Positions 20,429 to 30,139 of a stretch of 64,000 bases of DNA are shown here, piece after piece (positions within the stretch are counted from its first letter, which is position 1; each line of letters starts with the position of its first letter). Source of the DNA: an archaeon. Its GTDB lineage: Archaea > Iainarchaeota > Iainarchaeia > Iainarchaeales > JAAZKV01. The stretch spans positions 64,491 to 128,490 of the forward strand of contig JBAZUY010000001.1 in the NCBI GenBank assembly GCA_041661245.1, written 5' to 3'. The position numbers and the translations under genes were made by a program. The notes under the pieces are model-generated. The model was given only the letters and a program-made list of their open reading frames with translations, was not told where the DNA came from and ran no database searches.

Positions 20429-21522
20429 TTAAACTCAAATAACTTTCTTTGAAAACCACTATTTTCATCAAAATTCGAAACCCTTACACCCACTCTTCTA
20501 ACACTTGAAAGAGTCTCATTCAAATATTCCTTTAAAAGATTGTGAACTATCTCTTGCAAATCTTCAATAGAAGAAATTGGTTCAAGTTTTGTTTTTGATT
20601 TAGTCACAGTATCCATCCGATCAGTAACAATTATTAGTGAAACCGTTTTGAATCTTTTTTTAAGTTCCAAAATCTCTTTGTAAAGTAGAACTGAGAGAAA
20701 ATCAATATTTTGAACAACAAACTCATACTCTCTTGAATCCTGTTTTATTGTCATCATCCTTGAGAGTTGTTGTTTTTCCCTATTGACCTCAACGGACCTA
20801 TCATCTTTTCCAAAAGCAAAATCATAAAACTTTACCCCATTTGCTTCACCAAACCAAGAAATTAAATCAACGCGTTGAAACTTTTTAATATCCGCTACAA
20901 GCAAAATATTATGTTTCTTAAACTCCTCTTCAGTTTTTGGTCCAACACCATGCAACGCAGAAACTTTTTGCTTTAAAAGAAATGAATCAACTTCATTTGG
21001 TTTTACTACAGAAAACCCATCAGGTTTTTTCATTGATGCCGCCATTTTTGCAATTACTTTATTTGGAGCTAGTCCAATTGAACATGTCAATCCTAATTCT
21101 GATTTAATTCTTTGTTTAATTTTATTACAAATTTCAATTGCTTTATCATAATCCGAGGGATTAGTTAAATCAAAGTAAGCTTCATCCACAGAAACCTGTT
21201 CAACTTTTTCACAAAAAAAATCCACTATCTCAAACACTTTAGCAGAAATTTCTTCATAATATGGCTTGTCAGCATTAATGAAAACTGTTTCTTTATTTGC
21301 TAGTTTTTGGGCTAACGAAAGAGGCATCCCTGAACTAATCTTTAGTGCTCTTGCCTCATAACTACAAGTGGCAATTGCCCCTGAATTCTCGCGAAGAGAA
21401 GGCATTACTATTACAACCGGCTTTCCTTTAAATTCTGGTTTTCGGATTATCTCCGCTTGCGCATAAAAGTAATCCAAATCAAGTAAAGCAATAATTCGTT
21501 CCATTTCCCAAAACCCGTACAT
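20425..21522 (-). CDS. dinB: Y-family DNA polymerase IV (Dpo4/DinB)
   Basis: IALLDLDYFYAQAE, SVDEAYFDLT, LHGVGPKT. ATG 21522 or 21504 is preferred over 21579. Confidence 0.9.
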   Translation of the reverse strand: MYGFWEMERIIALLDLDYFYAQAEIIRKPEFKGKPVVIVMPSLRENSGAIATCSYEARALKISSGMPLSLAQKLANKETVFINADKPYYEEISAKVFEIVDFFCEKVEQVSVDEAYFDLTNPSDYDKAIEICNKIKQRIKSELGLTCSIGLAPNKVIAKMAASMKKPDGFSVVKPNEVDSFLLKQKVSALHGVGPKTEEEFKKHNILLVADIKKFQRVDLISWFGEANGVKFYDFAFGKDDRSVEVNREKQQLSRMMTIKQDSREYEFVVQNIDFLSVLLYKEILELKKRFKTVSLIIVTDRMDTVTKSKTKLEPISSIEDLQEIVHNLLKEYLNETLSSVRRVGVRVSNFDENSGFQRKLFEFK

Positions 21523-21547
21523 ATTCTTTCCCTTCAACACTTTTTTA

Positions 21548-22384
21548 ATGATTAGCAACTCCTTATTTGTGATGAACAATAAGCAAAAAGAGAGCGCAGT
21601 AAAAGAACTCTACGAAAAATACCCTTACCCATCAAGGGATGACCCTAGTGAAGAGGATGTAAAATATTTTGCTAAATGGGTAGCAAAGATATTTGGAGAG
21701 AATACTACTTTTTGGAAGGATAAAACCGTACTCGAACTTGGGTGCGGGACAGGAGAACTCGCATGCGGTTTAGCCCTTTGTGGAGCAAGCGTAACTGGAA
21801 TTGATTTTAGTTCAACTTCAATAAAACACGCCACTAGTCTTGCAAAAAAACTTGGAGTTGCAAACAAAGCAAAATTTATTGAAAAAAACATTTTAGAAAT
21901 TACTTCGGATGATTTTAATAGAGGAAAATATGATGTTTGCATTGCACTTGGTTCACTCCACCACACAGTTGCCCCACGAAAAGGATTTGAGATACTTTCT
22001 TCAAAAGCAAAACAAAATGGACTTGTTATTGTTGGGTTGTATAACAAATACTCCCGAGCAAGGCAAAGAGTAAGACGAGTAATTCTTAGAGCATTTTGCG
22101 GGAATGATATTGAAAAAAGAATTACTTTTGGAGAGAAATATTTCGGAACAAATGGAAACAAATCCTGGGCAGCAGATAAGTATGGACAAATTCACGAAAG
22201 CTACCACAGTATTTTAGAAGTCTTAAAATGGTTTAAAGAAGAGAATCTTGTTTTTATTGCATCAAAACCAAAATTCAAAATGCCAATAATCGATGAGATT
22301 AAGTGGATGATGGAGAAAAAAGAGGCCTTTTTTGTAATGGTTGGCAAGAAAGAGGACAAGAAGAGAAGCGGGGCAAAGGTTTAA
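21548..22384 (+). CDS. Class I SAM-dependent methyltransferase
   Basis: Motif I VLELGCGTGELA. Alternative start at ATG 21572. Confidence 0.8.
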   Translation: MISNSLFVMNNKQKESAVKELYEKYPYPSRDDPSEEDVKYFAKWVAKIFGENTTFWKDKTVLELGCGTGELACGLALCGASVTGIDFSSTSIKHATSLAKKLGVANKAKFIEKNILEITSDDFNRGKYDVCIALGSLHHTVAPRKGFEILSSKAKQNGLVIVGLYNKYSRARQRVRRVILRAFCGNDIEKRITFGEKYFGTNGNKSWAADKYGQIHESYHSILEVLKWFKEENLVFIASKPKFKMPIIDEIKWMMEKKEAFFVMVGKKEDKKRSGAKV

Positions 22385-22429
22385 AACAACATATGAATGA
22401 AGTTTCATTTATCTTTGAGGTGTTAATTA

Positions 22430-22675
22430 ATGGCTAAAGTAACAGTGTACTCTACAAGCACTTGTCCTTACTGCGTAATGGCAAAGGACTGGTTGAAAGG
22501 AAAAAAAGTAGAATATGAAGATGTTAATGTGGGAATCAACCAAGAAAGAGCTCGCGAAATGATAACAAAAAGCGGACAAATGGGAGTTCCAGTAATTGAC
22601 ATTGACGGGGAAATAATTATTGGGTTTGACAGACCACGAATAGAAACTGCATTAAAAAATAAAAAACTAGTATAA
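22430..22675 (+). CDS. Glutaredoxin-like protein
   Basis: 81 aa, CPYC active site, GVPVIDIDGE motif. GAGGTG lies 7 nt upstream of the ATG. Confidence 0.8.
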   Translation: MAKVTVYSTSTCPYCVMAKDWLKGKKVEYEDVNVGINQERAREMITKSGQMGVPVIDIDGEIIIGFDRPRIETALKNKKLV

Positions 22676-22713
22676 TAAAAATAAATAAGTTAATTTGGAA
22701 TTGCACTCATTCG

Positions 22714-23082
22714 CTAACAAGTAGTGTGGATGAGTGCGTTAACTTTTTCTCCGCGTTTAATATCAGCATTTATTCTATCCACTGCCAAAGGAGAAGGTAA
22801 GATAATTAGAGCCGTTCGTTGTTTTAAAATAGTTTCAGCATCAGGAGCCAATTTCAACAAACTCTCATGCCCAATGCCAATTACAACTTCCCAAGGATTT
22901 CCCCTCAAAAGCTCTTTAGCTTCATCAAGATCAACAAGGTGAATGGACCCATACTTTTTGTTTAATTTATCATAATCTCGTGGAAAAACTCTTCCATCCA
23001 CAAATAGGATATCTCTTAATTCGGTTCCGTCAAAAGAAATTTTTCCCCACTCAAGTCTAAAACTTTGAATCTTTTCTTCCAA
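22714..23082 (-). CDS. Mth938-like (DUF498) domain protein
   Basis: WGKISFDGTELRDILFVDGRVFPRDY...VVIGIGHESLLKL resembles the Mth938 family layout. Confidence 0.5.
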   Translation of the reverse strand: MEEKIQSFRLEWGKISFDGTELRDILFVDGRVFPRDYDKLNKKYGSIHLVDLDEAKELLRGNPWEVVIGIGHESLLKLAPDAETILKQRTALIILPSPLAVDRINADIKRGEKVNALIHTTC

Positions 23083-23098
23083 GTATAATCACTTCACT

Positions 23099-23839
23099 TC
23101 AAATTTTTAGTTTTCCTTCAAAAAATTTGAAATAAATCATCAAGACTACTACTAACCCGCCGAGAACTACCCACCATTGTCGAGTTAAATCAACTTCAAT
23201 TAATCTCATGGATTGCATCCCTAGTTCTATGAGCAAAATTACTAACCAAAGTAAAACCGCCCAAAAAATTGCTTTCTTCCACCAGACGTTAACAAACATT
23301 GCTCTACTTCTTGTATGAGAACTTACTTGAGGCATTGGTTCTTCCTCGCCCGATTCATCAATATTTTCTTCGCCAGTTTCTCCCGTTTCATCATCTAAAG
23401 GTTCGCCGAATTCATCAACAGCTCCTTCTTCATTCGCTTCCCCTTCTTCTAAAGGGGCTTCCTCGTTGGAATCAAAATTCTCTTCAACTTGTTTTTTTCC
23501 TTTTTGTAAAGGAACTGGATCTTCAGTATCATCAATACTGTTTTCATCCAAATCAGCTTCCATTTGTTTTCGCTTCAAGTATCTACTTCGTCTTGAATCA
23601 AACTTTCTTTGTGGCTCTTCATCCATTTGATACTTTTGTGCAGGAGGAAGAATTCGTTGCTCAGGTGCAGAAACATAAACTGGTTTTTCAACAATAAAAG
23701 TTTTGATTCTAACAGTTTCTTTCTTTTGCTGAGGGATAACATCTTTCATTCTTGCAAAAAATCCCATCGGTACTTCTTTGACTTTAGTAACAGGTTTTGC
23801 AGCGAAACGCTTCTTAGGCTTACTTTTCTTCTTGGCCAT
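23099..23839 (-). CDS. Acidic low-complexity protein with C-terminal TM helices
   Basis: Long D/E-rich tract, then AIFWAVLLWLVILLIEL and WWVVLGGLVVVLMIYF. ATG 23839 is preferred. Confidence 0.5.
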   Translation of the reverse strand: MAKKKSKPKKRFAAKPVTKVKEVPMGFFARMKDVIPQQKKETVRIKTFIVEKPVYVSAPEQRILPPAQKYQMDEEPQRKFDSRRSRYLKRKQMEADLDENSIDDTEDPVPLQKGKKQVEENFDSNEEAPLEEGEANEEGAVDEFGEPLDDETGETGEENIDESGEEEPMPQVSSHTRSRAMFVNVWWKKAIFWAVLLWLVILLIELGMQSMRLIEVDLTRQWWVVLGGLVVVLMIYFKFFEGKLKI

Positions 23840-23913
23840 AACTAGCAACTAAAAGGGAAAAACCCCTATTTAATGGTTTCTAGAGGAAAAATTCCAAAAA
23901 TAAGAACTTTGAT

Positions 23914-24705
23914 TTATGCAGCTTCTATCACAACTAGTTGAACAAAGATAGTCCCAAAGAACTCATTTTGGTAAGCAATTACTTTTCCATTATTCATTAA
24001 GAACAAAACTGGAAGAAATGTATCTACAATAGAATCGACTTCACCGCTATTACCAGTCAAGTCACTAAACAAAACTACCCCTTGCGAATCAGCTTTACTT
24101 TTAATTAAATCAAAAACTTCCTGCATTTTTTCTTCAATTGAAGAAGAATCAAAATTAATTTCAATTCGAGGCATGTTTCTTGCAGAGGCTTTTTTTGGGG
24201 TAGTTCTTTGAATAATATCCTCAATACTTGAAACTAATTCATCAAGAGTAATTCTTCCTTCCCTTGCCATTCTATTACTCATTAAATCAGGAACTTCTCC
24301 AAGCATTAAGGCTCTTTGCTCAGGAGTTAATACTGCCACTTCCTCTTTATCATCAAGAGAAGATAAACGCAAATATTTTGATTTAGTTTTAACTAAAATT
24401 GCACAAGCTAAAATTGCATTAGCTGGAACTCTCAAATTATGCCCCGACAAATCATTAATTTTTTTAATATACTTCTCAGTTAATTCAATGACATCAATAT
24501 CCCAAGGATTCATTTTCTCGGATTCAACTAAATCAAGCAAAATTGTTTTCCACGCAGGCTGATCAATAAGATCCACTAAATCCATTTTGGAATAATCTCT
24601 TTCAAATTCTACTTCATTTGAATTAAATTCAGATTCATTTATTTCAACTTCAACAGAAACAGCTTCCGCGACAGAGGAAGAACTTTTTGATAAAGACTTA
24701 GGCAT
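23914..24705 (-). CDS. scpA: Segregation and condensation protein A (kleisin)
   Basis: NPWDIDVIELTEKYIKKI and the overall kleisin layout. Confidence 0.8.
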   Translation of the reverse strand: MPKSLSKSSSSVAEAVSVEVEINESEFNSNEVEFERDYSKMDLVDLIDQPAWKTILLDLVESEKMNPWDIDVIELTEKYIKKINDLSGHNLRVPANAILACAILVKTKSKYLRLSSLDDKEEVAVLTPEQRALMLGEVPDLMSNRMAREGRITLDELVSSIEDIIQRTTPKKASARNMPRIEINFDSSSIEEKMQEVFDLIKSKADSQGVVLFSDLTGNSGEVDSIVDTFLPVLFLMNNGKVIAYQNEFFGTIFVQLVVIEAA

Positions 24706-24859
24706 ACTATAAATAAGTGCGAGGATGCTTTTAAACTTTTCTTATGTAGAAGTAAAGAGTTTTGTAATGGAATAACTTTGCAAATTCTCCAAGTAAGCCT
24801 TAAATATCACTTAATCCCTTAACTTTGAAGTAGAAAAAGAAAATATTTTTTTTTGAAAG

Positions 24860-25579
24860 GTGATTGTGTTGGAACGAACTAAAACTGGAATACCAGGCGT
24901 TGATGAATTATTAAATGGAGGAATACCTAAAGGAAGTAATGTTTTAGTTGCAGGGGGAGCAGGAACTGGAAAAACTATTTTTACAACACAATACTTATAC
25001 AATGGAGCTTTACAATACGGCGAACCAGGAGTATTTGTTACACTTGAAGGCAATGTAAGAGATATTGCTTGGAACATGGAATCATTCCAATGGGACATTA
25101 AAAATTTGCAAGACCAAGGAATGTTCACTATTTACCGATTAGGAATGGAATTTATTAAAGATCGAGCAATGCTTGAAGAAAGACTTGATGAACAACTTGC
25201 TGAAATAAAAAAAGAGGTAGAAGAAATTCACGCAAAAAGATTAGTAATTGATTCAACAACTGTTTTTGGAGCATACCTTGAACCAAGTTTATTACGAACT
25301 ACTTTATTCAAATTTTGTGATCAACTAAAAACAATGGGTTGTACAACATTACTCACTTCTGAAACACAACCAACAAAAAATACTTTCTCAGCATTTGGAG
25401 TAGAAGAATTTGTTGTTGACGGAATATTTGCATTATATTTCTCTCCACCAAACAGAAGCTTGTTTGTTAGAAAAATGAGAGGAACAGTACACGACAAAAA
25501 TCCACACCCATTAGAAATTACTAACAAAGGAGTAGTTGTTAACTCAAGAGATAGCATTATTTGGGAATCAATCAAGTGA
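24860..25579 (+). CDS. KaiC/RecA-superfamily ATPase (single domain)
   Basis: TGIPGVDELLNGGIPKGSNVLVAGGAGTGKT contains Walker A; Walker B is LVIDS. The true start may be TTG 24869, after GGTGA. Confidence 0.8.
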   Translation: MIVLERTKTGIPGVDELLNGGIPKGSNVLVAGGAGTGKTIFTTQYLYNGALQYGEPGVFVTLEGNVRDIAWNMESFQWDIKNLQDQGMFTIYRLGMEFIKDRAMLEERLDEQLAEIKKEVEEIHAKRLVIDSTTVFGAYLEPSLLRTTLFKFCDQLKTMGCTTLLTSETQPTKNTFSAFGVEEFVVDGIFALYFSPPNRSLFVRKMRGTVHDKNPHPLEITNKGVVVNSRDSIIWESIK

Positions 25580-25660
25580 TTGCAGGCAATCAAATGATTA
25601 CCAGCATTTAAGGAATCACAAGCAATTAATTAATCAATATTTATAAAAGGGATCGAAATT

Positions 25661-25912
25661 ATGCCACGAGTAAGACCTTTGTTCAGATTAAAAAAAACAA
25701 TCCCTGGACAGACTGTTGCCCACTGGAATGAGCCAAAACATATTGTTAATGGAACTTTTAATCCACAAGAGGGAAAAGTACATCAACTTGCCCCAGGAAC
25801 ATCAAACAAAAAAATGAGAAATCTAACAATGAGAAGAATCCCAGACATTGAAAATATTAAAGCAATTCTAAAAAGAAGAAAGCAACTTGCCAAATCAAGA
25901 AAACAAAATTAA
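25661..25912 (+). CDS. Small basic protein, paralogue of 25924-26214
   Basis: Shares RP.L.(L/I)KK.I.G...NP.EG...QLA with the next ORF. Confidence 0.5.
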   Translation: MPRVRPLFRLKKTIPGQTVAHWNEPKHIVNGTFNPQEGKVHQLAPGTSNKKMRNLTMRRIPDIENIKAILKRRKQLAKSRKQN

Positions 25913-25923
25913 CGGTGAATAAA

Positions 25924-26214
25924 ATGGTTTCACTAAGACCCCCATTACTTAAGATAAAAAAGCCAATAGACGGACTAAAGGCCTCTTCCAGAAGAAGCGC
26001 AAGTTCCCCAAACCCTAATGAAGGAATAATTTTTCAGCTCGCAGCAAATGCAGGAAGTAGAAAACTGCAAAGAGCAATTATCCGCACAGAAAAAGCACTT
26101 GAAAAGCACTACCCTGAATTTTCAACTGTGAATGGGCGACAAGTTAGAAATTTACCATCAAATGCAAAGATAAAACTCACAAACAGACTTGCAAGATTAA
26201 AGTCGATTAAGTAA
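25924..26214 (+). CDS. Small basic protein, paralogue of 25661-25912
   Basis: GGTGA lies 5 nt before ATG 25924. Same motif set as the preceding ORF. Confidence 0.5.
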   Translation: MVSLRPPLLKIKKPIDGLKASSRRSASSPNPNEGIIFQLAANAGSRKLQRAIIRTEKALEKHYPEFSTVNGRQVRNLPSNAKIKLTNRLARLKSIK

Positions 26215-26245
26215 ACTTAAAACCCTTTGGAATTACTATTTATTT

Positions 26246-26902
26246 ATGAGACTGACAAAATTCGCACAATCCTGCATAATGCTTGAAGAAGGCAAAACTA
26301 AACTTTTAGTTGATCCGGGCGCTTATCTCCTTGATGAAAAAACAATCAAAGCTTGGGGCAAACCAGATTTTGTTTTAGTAACACACAAACACCAAGATCA
26401 CTTTGATGAAACAGCTGCTAAAAAAATTATTTCCTCAAGAATTAAATTTTATTCAACAAAAGAAGTTGCAAAAACTTACCCATCAATTAAGTTTAGAACT
26501 GTAAATAAAGGACAAAAATTTACTCTTGGGAAATTTACTGTTGAAGTTGTACACGCAGAACATGGATACAACCCACTACTCAAAGGAGAAAAAGAAGTAC
26601 ATGAAGGAATTGGATTCATGATAGACAATGGACTAAGAAAAGTTTATCACACAGGAGACACAATTTGTTTCCCAAACAATTACAAATGTGACGTAATTTG
26701 TTTACCTTACAATAACCACGGCGTTTGTATGGGACCATTTGAAGCAGCACTCTTTGCAAAAGAAACTAATCCAATTTTAGTTTTACCAATGCACGCAGAT
26801 AGTCCAAAATTTCCTGCTGATAATCTAAAATTTGAAGAAGAATTAAAAAAGAATGAATTAAAATATAGATTCTTAAAAATAGGTGAAAGTATCGAACTTT
26901 GA
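26246..26902 (+). CDS. MBL-fold metallo-hydrolase
   Basis: THKHQDHFD (HxHxDH) motif plus downstream His/Asp ligands. Confidence 0.75.
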   Translation: MRLTKFAQSCIMLEEGKTKLLVDPGAYLLDEKTIKAWGKPDFVLVTHKHQDHFDETAAKKIISSRIKFYSTKEVAKTYPSIKFRTVNKGQKFTLGKFTVEVVHAEHGYNPLLKGEKEVHEGIGFMIDNGLRKVYHTGDTICFPNNYKCDVICLPYNNHGVCMGPFEAALFAKETNPILVLPMHADSPKFPADNLKFEEELKKNELKYRFLKIGESIEL

Positions 26903-26959
26903 ATTCAGCACAAGTACCGAACTCTAAGTTCAACACAATCAAAAACTAAAAACTTATTT

Positions 26960-27634
26960 CTAATTCTTCTTTGCAATTTTTGCAATTATATTTTCTGCTG
27001 CGGCAACACTATCTGCAGGAGAAACATTCCCATCATACCTATGCAACAAACCTTTTTTGTCATAGTATTGGATTAATGGAGAAGTTTTTTCTAGGAAAGT
27101 ATCGTATCTTTTTGCAATAGTTTCTGGTTTATCATCATCACGTTGGATTAACTTTGCACCATCATCATCACAAACCCCTACCTGTTTTGGAGGGATAGTT
27201 ACAGTATTGTAAACTTTTTTACATTTCTCGCAAGTCCATCTTGATGAAAGTCTTCTTACTACACTTTCTTTTGAAGACTCAATGTAAATAACTGCGGCCA
27301 ATTTTTGGTTTACTTTAGCAAGAATATCATCAAGCATTGGGGCTTGAGCAAGAGTTCTTGGAAAACCATCAAAAATAACTCCGTTAAATCCTTCTGAAGA
27401 AACTTTTTTCTTTAAGTCCTTTGAAAGCATTTCTCCAACAAGATCATCAGAAACAAGTTTGCCTGAAACCATTATTTCGTTAAGTTTCTTTCCTAAATCT
27501 GAACCGCTTGCAACTTCAGCCCTAAGCAAATCTCCCGTAGAGACTTGATTTAATTTGTACTTATCCATTACAGCTTGTGCAACTGTACCTTTCCCTGCGC
27601 CAGGGGGCCCTAAAAATATTAAGTTCAATGCCAT
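26960..27634 (-). CDS. adk: Adenylate kinase (long, bacterial-type with Zn lid)
   Basis: P-loop GPPGAGKGT, lid CEKC...CDDDG, and DGFPRT. Confidence 0.9.
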   Translation of the reverse strand: MALNLIFLGPPGAGKGTVAQAVMDKYKLNQVSTGDLLRAEVASGSDLGKKLNEIMVSGKLVSDDLVGEMLSKDLKKKVSSEGFNGVIFDGFPRTLAQAPMLDDILAKVNQKLAAVIYIESSKESVVRRLSSRWTCEKCKKVYNTVTIPPKQVGVCDDDGAKLIQRDDDKPETIAKRYDTFLEKTSPLIQYYDKKGLLHRYDGNVSPADSVAAAENIIAKIAKKN

Positions 27635-27694
27635 TTCTTCTCACCAAAAGAAAATTTGAAGGAATGGTTTTAAAAATCCACTTTGGGGAAGGGG

Positions 27695-28576
27695 TTAGTT
27701 AAGGACTTTAATGTCAAAAACAACTTGCTCCTTTGTTGGAGAAAACTGCCTTACTCTTGCTCTTCGAATAATTTCCACTTTTCTTTTTGCTTTCTTTGCG
27801 GCGTCAAATATTTGTTTCTCAGGAGTAGCAAAATCATCCTTTACTACAATTTCATAAAAATGTATTACCCCTTTTGGTTTAATGCAACTATATGCTTCTG
27901 AAAGAAATTGATACCCCGTATGAGGAAGAGGCATCGCAATTCTGTCAAAGAGTTTTTTGTATTTTTTATAAACTTTCTTTACATCCCCTTTTACAAAAAC
28001 AACTCTTTCATCCCCTTTAGGAGAACCATTATTTATTTTATTAATTACTGCATTTTCTTTTGCATATTTATGCGCAACCGGATTAAGTTCAATTGCAACA
28101 ATCTTTCCTGCTTTGGAATTCTTTGCAAAAACAATTGGGTAAGGGCCAACACCACTAAACCAACAACCAACTACTTCATTTGGCTGAATTAGTGAAGCAA
28201 TTCTACTTCTTTCTCCGCCAAGTCTAGGTGAAAAGAAAACTTTTCCAAGAGGAACTAATAAAGTACAACCACTTTCACGATAAGTTGCAACAGTTTGCTT
28301 TTTTCCAGCAATTACTTTAACTTTTTGAACACGATATTTTCCTTCATGATTACTTTCAATACTACAAACGGTTTCAAACCGAGGATTCATTTCAATTAAA
28401 GTTTCCCCAATCAATTTTTTTCTCTTTGAAAGTTCCCTTGGAATTTCAATTACTGCAATATTCCCAAAAGAATCAAAAGCATTAGTTGCAAAAGGTTTTT
28501 CTTTTTCAGGGAGTTTCAAAAGAAGCGCTTCCCTTAGAGTAGTTGGTTTTTTTTGTTCTAAACTAACTGAATCCAT
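27695..28576 (-). CDS. trm5: tRNA (guanine37-N1)-methyltransferase Trm5 / Met-10+ family
   Basis: FDSFGNIAVIEIP, FSPRLGGER, and FDRIAMPLP motifs. Confidence 0.8.
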   Translation of the reverse strand: MDSVSLEQKKPTTLREALLLKLPEKEKPFATNAFDSFGNIAVIEIPRELSKRKKLIGETLIEMNPRFETVCSIESNHEGKYRVQKVKVIAGKKQTVATYRESGCTLLVPLGKVFFSPRLGGERSRIASLIQPNEVVGCWFSGVGPYPIVFAKNSKAGKIVAIELNPVAHKYAKENAVINKINNGSPKGDERVVFVKGDVKKVYKKYKKLFDRIAMPLPHTGYQFLSEAYSCIKPKGVIHFYEIVVKDDFATPEKQIFDAAKKAKRKVEIIRRARVRQFSPTKEQVVFDIKVLN

Positions 28577-28628
28577 ACTTTATTTGCTTAACAAAAAGGG
28601 TTAAATACAAATCCGCCCTAACTTTGGC

Positions 28629-29519
28629 ATGGACACAAGCTTGTTTTACGAGTTCTTTGTTAAACCAATAATAAGCCCCGAAGTACAAGGATACAACCTA
28701 GTAAACACCGCAATTTACATTATCCTGTTGGTTTCAGCCTGTGCATTAATTTACTACCTCTTGCGGAAAAGAATTGAATTTAATTACAAATTTTTTATTG
28801 CACTAATCCCTTACATTTTATTTGGAATTTCTCTAAGAGTAATCATGCACCAAGTAGAAGCAGGAAGTTTATTCATTTACGGATTAACTAAAACAGCTAA
28901 TCCTCTTGAAATTGGATTTTGGTTTTTCACTCCAGGAGTATGGATTTTCACTTTTGTTGTTGTACTAATTGGACTACTCCTTGCAGGCATATTAAAGAAA
29001 AACAAACAATTAGATTACACAGTTTTGTTTACCATTGGAGGATTATTTGCACTTTTCCCAATAGTGTTTAACTTTATTCATTTTAATAATTGGGTAGTTT
29101 TCCTTGAAACAATTGCCCTAATTGCAATTGTATCTTATGGGATATGCAAATTAATTGACAAATATACAAAATACAAAATCTTCTCTGACCCAATTAATTT
29201 ATTTATCGTAACAGGACAAGCAATTGATGGAATTGCAAGCAGTATTGCAATAACTTTTTTTAATTTCTCAGAACAACATGTCGTTTCAAACATGGTAATG
29301 AATATCCATCCAGCTTTATTTGTTCTAATAAAAGTTATACTTTCAATTCTGATTTGTTGGAGCTTGGACGATTATTTGAAGGATGAAAAGAAAGAAGACA
29401 AAAAACACTTAGAAAAGATGAAGAACAAGAAAAATCTCGTGGGTTTTATTAAAGTAATAATTGCAATACTTGGATTTGCTACGGGCCTTGCAAGTTTATT
29501 CAAACTAGGGATAATATAA
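28629..29519 (+). CDS. Polytopic membrane protein, DUF63-like
   Basis: GYNLVNTAIYIILLV start and 7-8 TM segments, reminiscent of archaeal DUF63. Confidence 0.5.
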   Translation: MDTSLFYEFFVKPIISPEVQGYNLVNTAIYIILLVSACALIYYLLRKRIEFNYKFFIALIPYILFGISLRVIMHQVEAGSLFIYGLTKTANPLEIGFWFFTPGVWIFTFVVVLIGLLLAGILKKNKQLDYTVLFTIGGLFALFPIVFNFIHFNNWVVFLETIALIAIVSYGICKLIDKYTKYKIFSDPINLFIVTGQAIDGIASSIAITFFNFSEQHVVSNMVMNIHPALFVLIKVILSILICWSLDDYLKDEKKEDKKHLEKMKNKKNLVGFIKVIIAILGFATGLASLFKLGII

Positions 29520-29551
29520 CTTGCTTTTTCAAAGTGAATTATTCAATAAGA

Positions 29552-30067
29552 CTACTGTATTATTCGCGCCTTAATCAGATTTGATGCTACTGAGGAAATA
29601 GTTTGATTGGAAAATCCAAAAGCAGTACCTGAAACTTTCCTAAATTTTACTTTTACCCGAGCGCTAAATTCCCCAAATGTACTTTTTTCAGTTTGGGACA
29701 AAAGAGCCCATAAAATGCATTTAGCAACAAGTGGACGTACTGTGACTCCGACTCTTTGTGCAGGGCTAGAAGCAAATATCTTTTCTCCAGAAAATAGTAA
29801 TTTTAATCTCTTATCAAGCCCAGGGTGTGTGAAAACCGTATCTGCATTAAGTTTTCTTTGCCACACAGGAGAAACAGCTGATTTCTCGATATAAAAACGC
29901 GCTCGCTCGGAGACAAATCCCAAATTTGCAGCTTCATGCAATGGAAGAACATTATCTCGTTGAAATATCTTAGACTTGCCCATACTTGGCTCAGGATCAT
30001 GCTTTGGTCTGCCCCCAACAGTTCTTCCAAAAAAACTATATGATTTCTTCAAAATATATTCCCCCAA
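29552..30067 (-). CDS. Hypothetical protein (TTG start; alternative ATG gives 143 aa)
   Basis: ORF only. Shares an R.N.LPLH motif with 31281-31751. Confidence 0.4.
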   Translation of the reverse strand: MGEYILKKSYSFFGRTVGGRPKHDPEPSMGKSKIFQRDNVLPLHEAANLGFVSERARFYIEKSAVSPVWQRKLNADTVFTHPGLDKRLKLLFSGEKIFASSPAQRVGVTVRPLVAKCILWALLSQTEKSTFGEFSARVKVKFRKVSGTAFGFSNQTISSVASNLIKARIIQ

Positions 30068-30139
30068 AATACAGGATGCTCAATAGGAGTTACGCGAGCG
30101 AGTATTAAAACCTTTTCAATTATTCAATTTTTGATCAGA

